Counted from the stretch's first letter, positions 8,252 to 18,535 are shown. The stretch is 64,000 nt of DNA from an uncultured Acidobacteriota bacterium (GCA_963836075.1 CAWIIB010000009.1:3200001-3264000); one strand, 5' to 3'. Made by a program: numbers and translations. The notes: generated from the letters alone by a model not told the origin.

Positions 8252-9385
8252 TTACTCCTCGAGCGGCGGGCCCAGCACTTCGGCCATGGCCTGGTCATCG
8301 ATCTGGCGCCCTTCGGCGATGATCTGGCGATACTTGACGAAGTCGATGGTGTCCTTGCCGGTGATCTTCTTGGTGTTGAAGGCGTGGAACCCGAGGAAGG
8401 CCTCGGTGGACATGTTGGCCGCCAGCCAGTGGCGGTTGGGCAGCTTGCTCTGGTCCCAGAAGAACTTCTTCTTGGCCCGGATGCCGTCGATGGACTTGAT
8501 CAGGCAGCCGGGGAAGAGGTTGGTGAAGCGCCAGATGATCCGGTCCACTTCCTTGTCCAGCAGTTCGAAGTCGGTGGCGCCGCTCTTCAGGATCTCCTTG
8601 GCCGCGGCCGCCTCTTCGCCGCGCTTCATCTCGCCGTAGACGATCTCGCCGTCGTCGATGTAGCGGTCGGTGATCACCAGCGGGTTGCGCACGAACTGGC
8701 CGTCGACCTTGAGCACCGGCACGGCCTTGGTGATCAGCCCCTTGACCTTCATCTTGTAGGAGCTCCACATCTCGCAGGAGATGCAGTTCCACATGGCGTC
8801 CTCGATGGACAGCATCCAGGGCAGGAAATCGGTGGAGCCGCCGTCGGGGGCCGAGCCGTGCTTGGGGCCGGCCTGGCCGAAGATCGCCAGGTCGGAGGAG
8901 ACGGCCAGGTCGCAGGCCATGCCGATCTCCTGTCCGCCGGCCACCCGCATCCCGTTGACCCGGCAGATGGTCGGTTTCTTGCAGTTGAGGATCGCGTCCA
9001 CCATGCCGTTGAACAGGTCCATGTACTCGCCGTACTCGTTGGGCCGCTTGCTGTAGTACTCGGCGTACTCCTTGGTGTTGCCGCCGGTGCAGAAGGAGCG
9101 GTCGCCCACCGCGGTGAAGACGACGGCCACCACCGACCGGTCGCTGGAGGCGGCCTGGAAGCCGGCGATCACCCCCTTGACCATCTCGGTGGTGTAGGAG
9201 TTGTACTGTCGGGGGTTGTTGAGGGTCACCCAGGCGGTATACAGCCCGTCCACCGGGTTGCCCGCCTTGTCCAGCACCGGCCTTTTCTCGTAGATGGTGC
9301 ATGGCGCCTCGGTGCCCCAGTGTTCGGGGCCGAAAAGCGCGTGGTCCTTGATCTCGTTGTCCCGCGGGAGCCATTCGAGGGTCAT
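8252..9385 (-). CDS. bamA: 6-oxocyclohex-1-ene-1-carbonyl-CoA hydrolase (anaerobic benzoyl-CoA pathway ring-opening enzyme, crotonase family)
   Basis: LNNPRQYNSYTTEMVK, FCTGGNTKEYAEYY, CRVNGMRVAGGQEIGMACD and FGQAGPKHGSAPDGGSTDFLP are characteristic of BamA/Oah/BzdY. GGAGG RBS before ATG 9385. Confidence 0.9.
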   Translation of the reverse strand: MTLEWLPRDNEIKDHALFGPEHWGTEAPCTIYEKRPVLDKAGNPVDGLYTAWVTLNNPRQYNSYTTEMVKGVIAGFQAASSDRSVVAVVFTAVGDRSFCTGGNTKEYAEYYSKRPNEYGEYMDLFNGMVDAILNCKKPTICRVNGMRVAGGQEIGMACDLAVSSDLAIFGQAGPKHGSAPDGGSTDFLPWMLSIEDAMWNCISCEMWSSYKMKVKGLITKAVPVLKVDGQFVRNPLVITDRYIDDGEIVYGEMKRGEEAAAAKEILKSGATDFELLDKEVDRIIWRFTNLFPGCLIKSIDGIRAKKKFFWDQSKLPNRHWLAANMSTEAFLGFHAFNTKKITGKDTIDFVKYRQIIAEGRQIDDQAMAEVLGPPLEE

Positions 9386-9518
9386 CGGCGTTCCTCCAAA
9401 GGTGTCCACACCGTCCGGGAACCGGATCACCGGCTGCCGCGGTCCGGCGATGGATGGAATGAGGGATGCGTGTGCGTGCGTGCCGTATTGGATTGGCGTG
9501 CGTATATACTGCGCTGAA

Positions 9519-9565
9519 AGTATGCTGGCATCGCTGGTTTTTGTCAAACCGGTCCACTTTGACAA
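9519..9565. promoter_or_regulatory. Divergent promoter region: sigma70 promoter for bamA plus a perfect 8-bp inverted repeat
   Basis: Minus strand TTGACA-N17-CATACT (9547 to 9519). TTGTCAAA-N9-TTTGACAA at 9541-9565. Confidence 0.5.
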
Positions 9566-9603
9566 CCACCGGGGAATGGAAGCAGAATGCTCCGGGAGGA
9601 CCC

Positions 9604-11151
9604 ATGGTGACACTTCCACAATCCGGGGCAGGGGCAGGGAGCGACGGCCGCACCGCTGCGCCTGCGGGAAACCGCCGCCGCCTGCTCTACCTGCTGCTCT
9701 GCATGGCGCTGCTGCTGGCCACCCGGGCCGGCCACCTCACCGGGCCGGTGGACGAGCCCCACTCCTGGAGGCAGTGCGACACCGCGTTCTACGCTCTCGA
9801 TTTTCACCGGGAGGGGATCGACCTCTTCCACCCCGCGGTCTGCTGGATGGGCGGTCACAAGACCCTGGCCCTGGAGTTCCCGCTGCCCGAGGCGTTGATG
9901 GCCCTGGCTTACGGCCTCTTCGGCTGCCACCTGGTGGTGGCCCGGCTGGTGACCCTGCTCTTCTTCTGCGGGGCGGCGGCCTACCTCTTCCTGCTGGTCC
10001 GGCGGCTGTTCGGCGAACGGGCCGCCTGGCCGGCCCTGGCCGTCTACCTGGTGCTGCCCCTGGGCCAGTTCTACTCCCGGGCCCTGCACGTCGATTTCAG
10101 CGCCGTCTTCTTCGCCCACGCCATGACCTGGCACCTGCTGCGGGGCTACGAACGCCACTCCGTGGCCCACAACCTGGCCGGCCTCCTCTTCGGGGTGCTG
10201 GCCTTCCTCGTCAAGGCGCCCTATGCCTTCTACTTCGCCCTGCCGCTGGCCGCGGTGATGGTATCGCGGTTCAACCGCCGGGCCTTTGCCTGGTTCCTGG
10301 TCTGCCTTGCCGTACCCACGGCGGTTTTTCTTCTCTGGCAGGTCCACGCCGGCGCGGTGAACAACGCAGCGCCGGACTGGGATTACCTCCCCGGATATTT
10401 CAAGTTCGTCGGCATGGGGCAGTGGTATTTCGGGGCCCTGGCCCTGCGCTTCCAGCCCCAGCTCTGGGGCATCGTGCTGAGTCGCCTGTTCCACGACGTG
10501 GCCTCCGCCGCCGGTGCCCTGCTGCTGCTGGTGGGTGTTCTCTCCGCTGCCGGGAGACGGGCCGTCCCGCAAGCCGGCGGCCGGCTCTTTCTCTGCTGCT
10601 GGCTGGCCGGGCTGGCCGGATACCTGCTGATCTTCTTCAACCTCAACCAGATCCACGACTACTACCAGATCCCCTTTCTCGCCCCGGCGGCCCTGCTCAT
10701 CGCCCTGGGCGTGCAGCAGATCCGGGACCTTGTGGCCCGGCACCTGCCGGGCATGGCTCCGGCGGCGGTCCCGCTGCTGCTGGCCATCCTGGCCCTCGGC
10801 GCCTTCTGGACCGCCGAGACACGCTACTACTACATCGATCACCTGCGGGTGGAGGCAGGGCAGGTGATTGCCGCCGGCACCCCCGAGGGAGCGCTGGTCA
10901 TCGTCGCCGCCGAGATGCCGGACACCGACTGCCGGGACCCGAGGATCCTGTATCGCGCCGGGCGCTGCGGCTGGTCGGTGCACCTGCCGCAGCTCACCCC
11001 GGATCTGATCGGTCGGCTGCGCGCCGAAGGCGCCGACTATCTGGCCCTGGTGGCGCCGGCCACCGATGACATCGAGGCCGTGTTCGGCTACCCCGCCGAG
11101 ACCGTCCCGCTCTTCACCCCCCCCTGGAAGGTGCTGGTCTGCAGGTTGTGA
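9604..11151 (+). CDS. GT-C (ArnT/PMT-like) membrane glycosyltransferase
   Basis: HSWRQCDTA, LEFPL, LVK and HDYYQ motifs with multiple TM helices. GGGAGGA RBS before ATG 9604. Confidence 0.75.
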   Translation: MVTLPQSGAGAGSDGRTAAPAGNRRRLLYLLLCMALLLATRAGHLTGPVDEPHSWRQCDTAFYALDFHREGIDLFHPAVCWMGGHKTLALEFPLPEALMALAYGLFGCHLVVARLVTLLFFCGAAAYLFLLVRRLFGERAAWPALAVYLVLPLGQFYSRALHVDFSAVFFAHAMTWHLLRGYERHSVAHNLAGLLFGVLAFLVKAPYAFYFALPLAAVMVSRFNRRAFAWFLVCLAVPTAVFLLWQVHAGAVNNAAPDWDYLPGYFKFVGMGQWYFGALALRFQPQLWGIVLSRLFHDVASAAGALLLLVGVLSAAGRRAVPQAGGRLFLCCWLAGLAGYLLIFFNLNQIHDYYQIPFLAPAALLIALGVQQIRDLVARHLPGMAPAAVPLLLAILALGAFWTAETRYYYIDHLRVEAGQVIAAGTPEGALVIVAAEMPDTDCRDPRILYRAGRCGWSVHLPQLTPDLIGRLRAEGADYLALVAPATDDIEAVFGYPAETVPLFTPPWKVLVCRL

Positions 11152-11341
11152 AGCAGGGCCGGGCTGATCCACCATCGACCGTGATATACTGTTGGTCTGA
11201 TTCGCTTCGTGACTCTATTCATCCATTCCGGGACTGCTGCCATGGCACGTGTGACAGTCATCCCACCAGTTCCTGGTACGTTCGCACTTGGACCAGTCTG
11301 TACGCCCGCCGTATTCCATACCTATCTTGCTGGAGGTCATC

Positions 11342-14302
11342 ATGTATTCCCGAACAGCCGTTTTCTGTACCGTCATCCTGCTGGCCGCCGTCCTGCCCCT
11401 GGCCGCTGATGTCCCGCTGCAGCGCCAGACTACCCAGGACCTGGGTCAGCCGGTGCAGGTCACCGCCGACGTGCGGCACCAGGTGACCACCGCGCCGCCG
11501 ACCCTCGCCCCGCTGAAGCGCTCGGCCTCGAAGCGGGCGCCGCTGACCCGCCCGGGGGGGCCGGGGGAGCTGCTGGACAGCATCGACCGTACGGTTTTCG
11601 TACCCGCGGGGGAGGACTACTGCCTGCGTTACAACGCGCGCCTGGGCCGGCTGGAGGAGGTGATGGTGCCCTACACCCTCACCGATGCCGCCTGGCAGGC
11701 GGTGGGGACGGCGCCCAACTGGCTGCAGGACGACCTGGAGGACAAGTTCCGCCAGCTGGATGCCGAGCACCAGGAGATGTACGCCAACCTGATCATCGAC
11801 CTCACCGACCCGCTGATCGTCGACGAGGTGGCCTTCCAGGTGGCCCACCTCTCGCGCACCCTGCTGCAGAACGCCACCGTGGTGCCGGAGACCCTGAAGG
11901 TCAACGCCGAACTGATGTATGTCATCGACCAGGACCTGCAGTACGTGGAGATCGTCGACTACGACGACGGGGCGGGCAATTTCTATTCCACCACCCGCTA
12001 CCAGTATCTGGACAACGGCACGCCGGTGGCCGTGGACCTGCCCAGTGACATCTACTACTGGTATGTGGTGATGCCCAAGGTCTCGGACGAACGGCCGCTG
12101 AGCAACGAGTCGGTCTACAACATGTTCTGGCGGGAATACCTCTACTACGAGAACGACGACGGGTATCCGAACCTGCAGGAGGTGATGGCGCCGATCCAGT
12201 ACCTGTGGGACGGAGAGACCCGCGGGTATGCGGTGGGCGACCCGTTCAGCCCGGACCTGCTGGCCGTGATCTGCGTGGCTCTCTGGAGCGGGAAAACCAT
12301 TGACGCGGGGGCCTCGGGCGACCGGCCGATCCAGCCCAACATCATCGCCCACGGGCACAACGGCAACTGCGGGGAGAGACAGGATCTCCTCTGCGCAGCG
12401 GGCCGCACCTGCCTGATGCCCTATATCTGCACCATGGACGTGCTCGAGGACCATGTCTGGTGCGAGATGTGGTGGGACTACGTCTGGCGGCCGACCCAGA
12501 ACGACCCCAACATCCATTTTGACCGCCCCTACTGCAGTTACGAACGGGACAGCGGCGGTTCCAAGGACTGCTCCTGTATCTGGGACTGGCGCAACGACGG
12601 CTTTACCTACGACGCCATCGCCACCTACTCCAACACCTGCACCCTCACCGTGACCATCACCGACCCGGGGGGATTGCCGGTGGACAACGCCTCGGTGGTC
12701 ATCGCCAGCGAGGGCTGGTCCACCACGACCATCTACCGCGGCACCTGGGGCGAGACCGACCGCAACGGCCAGATCACCTTTACCCTCGGTGATCTGCAGG
12801 ACTACTACATCCAGGTGATGACCGACCTGGGCAGCTATCCCGCCTCGGGCTATGCCTCGATCATCACCGGCAGCGTGGCTGACCAGGCCTATTTCTGGGA
12901 ATGGACCACCCCGGACCCGATGCCCGCCCTCGAACTGGAAGAGGAGACGCCGCCGGGGGATGAAGGGCCGTTCACCCTGGAGATCACCTATGACCTGCCC
13001 TGCGACATCAACAACGGCCGGGACTACTACGCCACCCTGGCCGGCTGGTATGCCGAACGGTTGAGCGAGGGCCGGCTCGATTTCTTTGTGGCTGACGAGG
13101 AGAACTTCCAGGCCTACATGGCCGATGGCGCCTGCTGCGGCTACTTCGTCTCCGACGCCATTTTCAACTATGAGACCCTCGACGTCTCCGGCGAGGAGGA
13201 TTTTTACATCGTCTTCAGCGGTGCCCGGAACCACGGCCTGCGGGTGATGGCCGATCTGACCGTCAACCTGTGGAAGAACTACGATCCCGAACTGCAGGCC
13301 GCGGAGATGGTCACCGGCCCGGGGCACGGCCCGGACAACCCGACCCTGGCCCGGGTTTTCGACCACGCGTCGCCCGGTACGGTGCAGGCGGAGTGGAACT
13401 GTTACGGCGTGCAGAAATACGGGGTCAATGTGGCCTGCGGCGACATTGCCGGGGACCTGCAGGACGAACTGATCAGCGGTGCCGGACCAGGGGCGGTGTT
13501 CGGGCCCCACGTCCGCGCGTTCGATGCCCAGGGCACACCGCTGCCCGGGGTCAGCTTCATGGCTTACGGCACGCTGAAATACGGGGTCAACGTCAGCGCC
13601 GGTGACATCGACGGTGACGGCTACGACGAGATCATCAGCGGCGCCGGGCCGGGGGCGGTGTTTGGTCCCCACGTGCGGGGCTGGAATGTGGACAACGGAG
13701 AGGCCGGGCCCATGGGCGGAGTGAGCTACTTCGCCTACGGCACGCTGAAATACGGGGTCAATGTGGCCTGCGGCGACATCGACGGCGACGGCTACGACGA
13801 GATCGTCACCGGCGCCGGGCCGGGGGCGGTGTTCGGCCCCCACGTGCGGGGCTGGAACGTGGACGGGTCCACCGCTGCGTCCATCCCGGGGGTGAGCTAC
13901 TTTGCTTACGGCACGCTGAAATACGGGGTCAACGTGGCCTGCGGCGACCTGGACGGCGACGGGATGGACGAGATTGTCACCGGCCCCGGACCCGGCGCCA
14001 TCTTCGGCACCCACATCCGCGGCTGGAACTGCGACGGCGGTGCGGTGCAGGCCATACCCGCGGTGAGCTTCAACGCTTACCAGGGTATGGTTTACGGGGC
14101 CGCGGTGGGGCTGGCCGACGTGGACGGCGACGGCTTCGACGAGATCCTCACCATGCCGGGGCCCGGTGAGGACAATCCGGCCGAGCTCAAGGTGTGGCAG
14201 GTGGACAACGGGCCGGTGAGTCTGGATGTGGCCTTCGAGGCCTATGCAGGGATGGGGCTGGGATATGGAGGAAGGGTGGCCGGCGGTCATTTGATCCGCT
14301 GA
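11342..14302 (+). CDS. Secreted protein with a transglutaminase-like (Cys-His) domain and C-terminal FG-GAP-like repeats
   Basis: Signal peptide MYSRTAVFCTVILLAAVLPLAA. GNCGERQDL...DHVWCEMW core. Repeated YGTLKYGVNVACGDIDGDGYDEIVTGAGPGAVFGPHVRGW units. Confidence 0.7.
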   Translation: MYSRTAVFCTVILLAAVLPLAADVPLQRQTTQDLGQPVQVTADVRHQVTTAPPTLAPLKRSASKRAPLTRPGGPGELLDSIDRTVFVPAGEDYCLRYNARLGRLEEVMVPYTLTDAAWQAVGTAPNWLQDDLEDKFRQLDAEHQEMYANLIIDLTDPLIVDEVAFQVAHLSRTLLQNATVVPETLKVNAELMYVIDQDLQYVEIVDYDDGAGNFYSTTRYQYLDNGTPVAVDLPSDIYYWYVVMPKVSDERPLSNESVYNMFWREYLYYENDDGYPNLQEVMAPIQYLWDGETRGYAVGDPFSPDLLAVICVALWSGKTIDAGASGDRPIQPNIIAHGHNGNCGERQDLLCAAGRTCLMPYICTMDVLEDHVWCEMWWDYVWRPTQNDPNIHFDRPYCSYERDSGGSKDCSCIWDWRNDGFTYDAIATYSNTCTLTVTITDPGGLPVDNASVVIASEGWSTTTIYRGTWGETDRNGQITFTLGDLQDYYIQVMTDLGSYPASGYASIITGSVADQAYFWEWTTPDPMPALELEEETPPGDEGPFTLEITYDLPCDINNGRDYYATLAGWYAERLSEGRLDFFVADEENFQAYMADGACCGYFVSDAIFNYETLDVSGEEDFYIVFSGARNHGLRVMADLTVNLWKNYDPELQAAEMVTGPGHGPDNPTLARVFDHASPGTVQAEWNCYGVQKYGVNVACGDIAGDLQDELISGAGPGAVFGPHVRAFDAQGTPLPGVSFMAYGTLKYGVNVSAGDIDGDGYDEIISGAGPGAVFGPHVRGWNVDNGEAGPMGGVSYFAYGTLKYGVNVACGDIDGDGYDEIVTGAGPGAVFGPHVRGWNVDGSTAASIPGVSYFAYGTLKYGVNVACGDLDGDGMDEIVTGPGPGAIFGTHIRGWNCDGGAVQAIPAVSFNAYQGMVYGAAVGLADVDGDGFDEILTMPGPGEDNPAELKVWQVDNGPVSLDVAFEAYAGMGLGYGGRVAGGHLIR
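13400..14170 (+). repeat. Intragenic ~171-bp (57-aa) tandem FG-GAP-like repeats
   Basis: TACGGCACGCTGAAATACGGGGTCAA recurs at 13565, 13736 and 13907, with a variant at 13403 and a degenerate last copy. Confidence 0.85.
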
Positions 14303-14352
14303 TGCCGTCACGGCCGGTGGAATAGCGATCGGATAGGAACAGCCGAAGGAGC

Positions 14353-16512
14353 ATGTCAATGGTTTCGCCGCTGGTCCTGCTTTCGCAAGTCGTGGTGATT
14401 CTCGTCCTCTGCGTGCTGGGCGGTTTTGTCTTCCGGCACCGCGGCCGCACCCGCCCCGGGCAGCTGCTGGCCCTGCTCTGTTTTCTCTGTGCCGGCTGGA
14501 TTGCCGCCATACTGGCCGGTGATGTCTTTCCCCGGACCATGCTGCCGGGGTTTCCGCTCCTCTCGCGCAACGTGGGAAAGGTATTCGCTTCGTTCACCAT
14601 GGCCGCGTTAATCGGCTTTGCCTGGCAGTATCCCACGCGGGCCCCGTCGGTGAAACGGTGGCACTGCTGGCTGGTGTTTCTGCTGTCGCTCTTTTTCGCC
14701 GCCGGCTCCTTCACCCGGTGGGATGCCCGCATCGGCGGTCAACAGCAGCTGCAATACGGCCCGCTGCATTACTGTTTTGTCTGCTACGTGGTCCTCTCCG
14801 GGATCTATGCCCTCGGCTTCCTGGTCCTCCGCCGCCAACGGTCCGATTCACCACTGCTCCGCCTGCAGATTGCCTGGGTAAGCGTGGGCATCGGCATCTC
14901 CTACGTCGTGGCCGTGGTCTGCGTACTTCTCCTCCCGGCCCTCTGGGGCGTGCACGGCTACCAGCTCCTGGGCACCCTGGCCCCGGCTATCGGTTTTCTT
15001 TTCGTGACCTACGCAATCGTCAAGTACCGGGCGATGGAGATCGAGGTGGTTTTGAACCGGACCCTGGTCTGGCTGCTGACGGGCGTGCTCATATTCGCTG
15101 CCAACTGGGGCATCGCCTCCCTCATCGGCGGCTGGATCCGTGGTCTCAACAACTGGCAGCTGGCGCTGATCGGCACCCTGCTCTTCTATCCGCTCTTCTT
15201 TATCACCCGCAAGGTCCAGCCGACGATCAACCGCCTGCTGCAGCGGGAATACCACGCCATGGGCGAGGCGGTGGACGGGCTGATGGCCGAGGCCGGGGAA
15301 CTGACCGATGTGCGCACACTGTGCCGCTTCATCATCCAGCGGACCTGCCAGGTGCTCCGCGTGCCCCACGTGGCGCTGTTGCTCTGCGACGAGCGACTGG
15401 AGCGCTGCCTGCTGATCGACCGGGAACACGAGGAGCAGACCCCCCTGACCCCCGGCGACCCCTTCCTCGTCTGGCTGGCGGAGAACGCAGTCACCCTGGA
15501 ACGGGAGCAGGTGGAGTTGCGGCAGCGGCACGAGGCCATCCGCCCGCTGGCCGACGCCTATTTCCAGCTGGTGGCCGCCGAGGCCTGCCTCACGCTGGTC
15601 CACGGGGGCAAGCTGGTGGGCACGCTAAACCTCGGACGGCGGTCGGGGAAACGCGGGCACCTGACCAAGCGTGAGCTGGGTTTGCTGGTCAGGTTCCGTG
15701 CGGCCATCACCCTGGCCCTGGAAAATGCCCGGATGCACGAGTCGGAGCTGTCGCTGAAGGAGGAAAAGGTCAAGGCGGAATTCTTCGCCCGGGAGCTGCA
15801 GGAGGCGCACCAGATGCAGGCGGCCCTGCTGCCCCGTGACGCGCCCCGGGTGGCCGGCCTGGAGGCCGCGGGGGACTGCCGGCCGGCCCAGGACGTGGGC
15901 GGGGATTTTTTCGATTACCTGCCGTCGGGGGACGGCCGGGTGTCGGTGATTCTCGGAGACGTGTCGGGCAAGGGGCTGCGCAGTGCGATGCACGCAGTGC
16001 TGAGCAGCGGCCTGCTGCGAACCCAGGTCCGGGTGGGGGGGACGCCGGGCGAGGTGCTGGACGAGGTGGACCGGGAACTCTTCCACCTCACCGAGCGCAA
16101 TATCTTCACCGCCCTTGTCTTTGCAGCCATCGACAGCCGGCAGCGGAAGCTGGTGCTGGTCAACGCTGGCCTGCCCCAGCCCCTGCTGCGCCGGGGAGGG
16201 GAGGTGCGGCTGCTGACCCTCGGGGGACTGCCGCTGGGGGTCATGCCGCGGGCGCAGCGGCAAACGGTGACGGCGAAGCTGGAGACTGACGATCTGTTGC
16301 TGTTCTACAGCGACGGGATCACCGAGGCGAGCAACCTTGCGGGGGAGATGTATAGCCAGGAGCGGCTGCAGGCCCTGGTGGCGGGGGTGGCTCCGGATAC
16401 ACCGGCAGCGGCGGTGAACCGCCTGATCTGGGAAGATGTGGACCGCTTTGTCGGAGGTGCGGAACCGTTCGACGACATGACTCTGGTGGTGGTTCGGATC
16501 ACGGATCGCTGA
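14353..16512 (+). CDS. Membrane-bound SpoIIE/RsbU (PP2C-type) phosphatase with an N-terminal multi-TM region and a GAF-like domain
   Basis: VGGDFFDY, GDVSGKG, NAG, YSDGITEA and DDMTLVV motifs, TYAIVKYR after the TM region, and LALENARMH at the GAF end. Confidence 0.9.
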   Translation: MSMVSPLVLLSQVVVILVLCVLGGFVFRHRGRTRPGQLLALLCFLCAGWIAAILAGDVFPRTMLPGFPLLSRNVGKVFASFTMAALIGFAWQYPTRAPSVKRWHCWLVFLLSLFFAAGSFTRWDARIGGQQQLQYGPLHYCFVCYVVLSGIYALGFLVLRRQRSDSPLLRLQIAWVSVGIGISYVVAVVCVLLLPALWGVHGYQLLGTLAPAIGFLFVTYAIVKYRAMEIEVVLNRTLVWLLTGVLIFAANWGIASLIGGWIRGLNNWQLALIGTLLFYPLFFITRKVQPTINRLLQREYHAMGEAVDGLMAEAGELTDVRTLCRFIIQRTCQVLRVPHVALLLCDERLERCLLIDREHEEQTPLTPGDPFLVWLAENAVTLEREQVELRQRHEAIRPLADAYFQLVAAEACLTLVHGGKLVGTLNLGRRSGKRGHLTKRELGLLVRFRAAITLALENARMHESELSLKEEKVKAEFFARELQEAHQMQAALLPRDAPRVAGLEAAGDCRPAQDVGGDFFDYLPSGDGRVSVILGDVSGKGLRSAMHAVLSSGLLRTQVRVGGTPGEVLDEVDRELFHLTERNIFTALVFAAIDSRQRKLVLVNAGLPQPLLRRGGEVRLLTLGGLPLGVMPRAQRQTVTAKLETDDLLLFYSDGITEASNLAGEMYSQERLQALVAGVAPDTPAAAVNRLIWEDVDRFVGGAEPFDDMTLVVVRITDR

Positions 16513-16543
16513 ACAGCGGACAGTTCAGCGACCGGGCCCCGGT

Positions 16544-18148
16544 CTATTCCGCTGTCAGGGCGTGGTCACTGAAGAGGTAGACCGTTCGACTGCCCACCTG
16601 TTTCTGGTATGTGGGTTCCTGGCCCAGGGTCTGCTGCACATCTTCCAGAAATCCCTCTTCCACCAGCACCAGCCGCGGTGGAGAACCGTCCCAGAAACGC
16701 CGCAGGTCCGACAGGCCTTCGATGACCCGGATGTTCTGTGCACCATAGTACGAGTATTCGGCCCGCCAGGCCCAGAGCCCGTAGGAGACGATGTCGGTCC
16801 CCGTGGACGCCTCGGCCTTGAGGATGGTGCCCACGGGCCGGGCGGACTTGTACTGGTTGCCGATGGGCAGCAGCCAGATCCCGGCGATGAGATAGATGGT
16901 GACCGCCGTGGCGGCCAGCGCCGCGGGGGCCAGGGCCCGCAGTCGGCGGCTGATGATGATCCCGGTCCAGATGGCGGCGCTGCCGGCCAGCAGCGCCGCC
17001 GCGGTGGCCAGGGCAAGAGACAGGTATTGCGGGTAACGGGATGGAACCGCGACGATCAGCGCCAGGCCCGCGGCGGCAAAGATCACGGCCAGCAGGCCGT
17101 GGATCGAGAGGCCGGCGATCCTCAAACGGTCAGACAGCCGGCCGGTGGCCAGCCGGTGGATGACGTCTGCAGCGAGGATGGCCACCGCCGGAGCGATGGG
17201 CAGGACGTACGGCGACCGCTTGCTGTCGGAGAGGGAGAAGAAGAGGATGATGCCGATGATCCAGGCCCAGGAGAGTTTTCTCAGCAGCCGCTGATCATCG
17301 TCCCTGCCGGGCAGAAAGGCCGCCAGGGGGACGAACCAGGACCAGGGCGCGAAATCCTGCCAGAAATAGCCCAAATAGTAGTGCCAGGGCCGCTGGTGGT
17401 CCCAGGCGGCGACGAACCGGCTGAAATTCTGGCGGATGAGCACTTCGTTGATCACGTCGAAGTGCCCGCCGGCCAGGAGCACGCAGTACCACGACCCGCC
17501 CACCGCCGCGAACAGCAGAACCCCGGGCCACATCCTGATGTTGAACAGCAGCCGCGGGCGGCGGGTGGCCAGCGCATAGAGGGTAAAGGCCACTGCGGGG
17601 AGGACCAGGGCCACCGGGCCCTTGGCCAGGAACCCGAGACCGGCGGCCAGGCCCGCCCAGAGCCAGCCGCGGTACTGGGGCATGCCGTGGTCCGCCATGC
17701 GGCTCAAAGGCAGCAGCGTGCCCACGGTGGAGGCCAGCACCAGAATGTCCATCTGTATGGAGCGGGCGCACCAGAAGACGATATACATGGTGCCCAGCAA
17801 TAGGCCGGAGATCAGGGCCCGGTTTCTCCCGGCGTAGGGCAGGACGAGATAACAGGTCAGGATGATGCCCAGCAGGGCCGCAGCCACCGAGGGGAGCCGC
17901 AGGGTGAACTCGTTGACGTTGCCGGTGACCCTGGAGGCGGCCAGGGCCATCCAATAGTAGAGAATCGGCTTTTCGGCGAAGACAGTGCCGTTCACCGTGG
18001 GGATCAGCCAGTCCCCGCGCTCGGACATCTCCACCACGGCCCGACCGTAGATCGGCTCGTTGGGGTTCCAGAGGTCCCGGGATCCGAGAGCGGCGGTGAA
18101 CAGGACTACGGCCCCGCAGACGAGGATTGCCAGATCCCGGACGCTCAT
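16544..18148 (-). CDS. ArnT-family (GT83-like) glycosyltransferase
   Basis: DLWNPNEPIYGRAVVEM...DWLIP...EKPILYYW, RLPS, LAKGPV and KRSPYVLP motifs. The real start is MSVRDL at 18148; the longer track ORF is a read-through. Confidence 0.85.
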   Translation of the reverse strand: MSVRDLAILVCGAVVLFTAALGSRDLWNPNEPIYGRAVVEMSERGDWLIPTVNGTVFAEKPILYYWMALAASRVTGNVNEFTLRLPSVAAALLGIILTCYLVLPYAGRNRALISGLLLGTMYIVFWCARSIQMDILVLASTVGTLLPLSRMADHGMPQYRGWLWAGLAAGLGFLAKGPVALVLPAVAFTLYALATRRPRLLFNIRMWPGVLLFAAVGGSWYCVLLAGGHFDVINEVLIRQNFSRFVAAWDHQRPWHYYLGYFWQDFAPWSWFVPLAAFLPGRDDDQRLLRKLSWAWIIGIILFFSLSDSKRSPYVLPIAPAVAILAADVIHRLATGRLSDRLRIAGLSIHGLLAVIFAAAGLALIVAVPSRYPQYLSLALATAAALLAGSAAIWTGIIISRRLRALAPAALAATAVTIYLIAGIWLLPIGNQYKSARPVGTILKAEASTGTDIVSYGLWAWRAEYSYYGAQNIRVIEGLSDLRRFWDGSPPRLVLVEEGFLEDVQQTLGQEPTYQKQVGSRTVYLFSDHALTAE

Positions 18149-18167
18149 TCGAAAGGCTGGATTAAGC

Positions 18168-18535
18168 TCAGTCGTCGTCCTCGCCATCGTCGTCCTCGCC
18201 ATCGTCGTCTTCACCATCGTTCGTCCTCGGTGCCCGAATCGAGCAGTGTGCCATCCGGGGCGATGGTGATCTCGATTTCCTTCCCGTCTACCTTCCACTC
18301 TGCCTCGTAGAAAACTTTGTCCGGAAAAGTGATCTCCTCGATCTCCCGGACCTCGTGTGTTCCGGCCTCCTTGAGGATGGTGGCTTTCACTGCCGCGGGA
18401 ACCTGGTCCAGAGTGACACTCCGTTCCTTTCCCTTCGCCGGCGCATCGCCCGCCGAAGCCTGGAGCGGTGACGATGAGCAGACCGAGCACCAGAACTCCA
18501 ACCACGGCAAAAAACAGGACACGTGGGCTGTTCAT
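18168..18535 (-). CDS. Small secreted PepSY-like protein with an acidic (EDDDG)n tail; two apparent +1 frameshifts
   Basis: Signal peptide MNSPRVLFFAVVGVLVLGLLIVTA in one frame, LDQVPAAVKATILKEAG...EIE...YEAEW...EITIAPDG in a second and EDDDGEDDDG...stop in a third. Removing two bases gives 122 codons. Confidence 0.65.

Noticed and set aside
11258-14359. Long antisense ORFs (also 19620-22076, 36050-38299, 8384-9517 and 50838-52574)
   Set aside because: They mirror well-supported genes on the opposite strand, as expected with high GC3, and have no family motifs.
18171-18240. 15-bp repeat read as MARTTMARTT in the long ORF
   Set aside because: Wrong frame. It encodes the EDDDG acidic tail of the PepSY-like protein.
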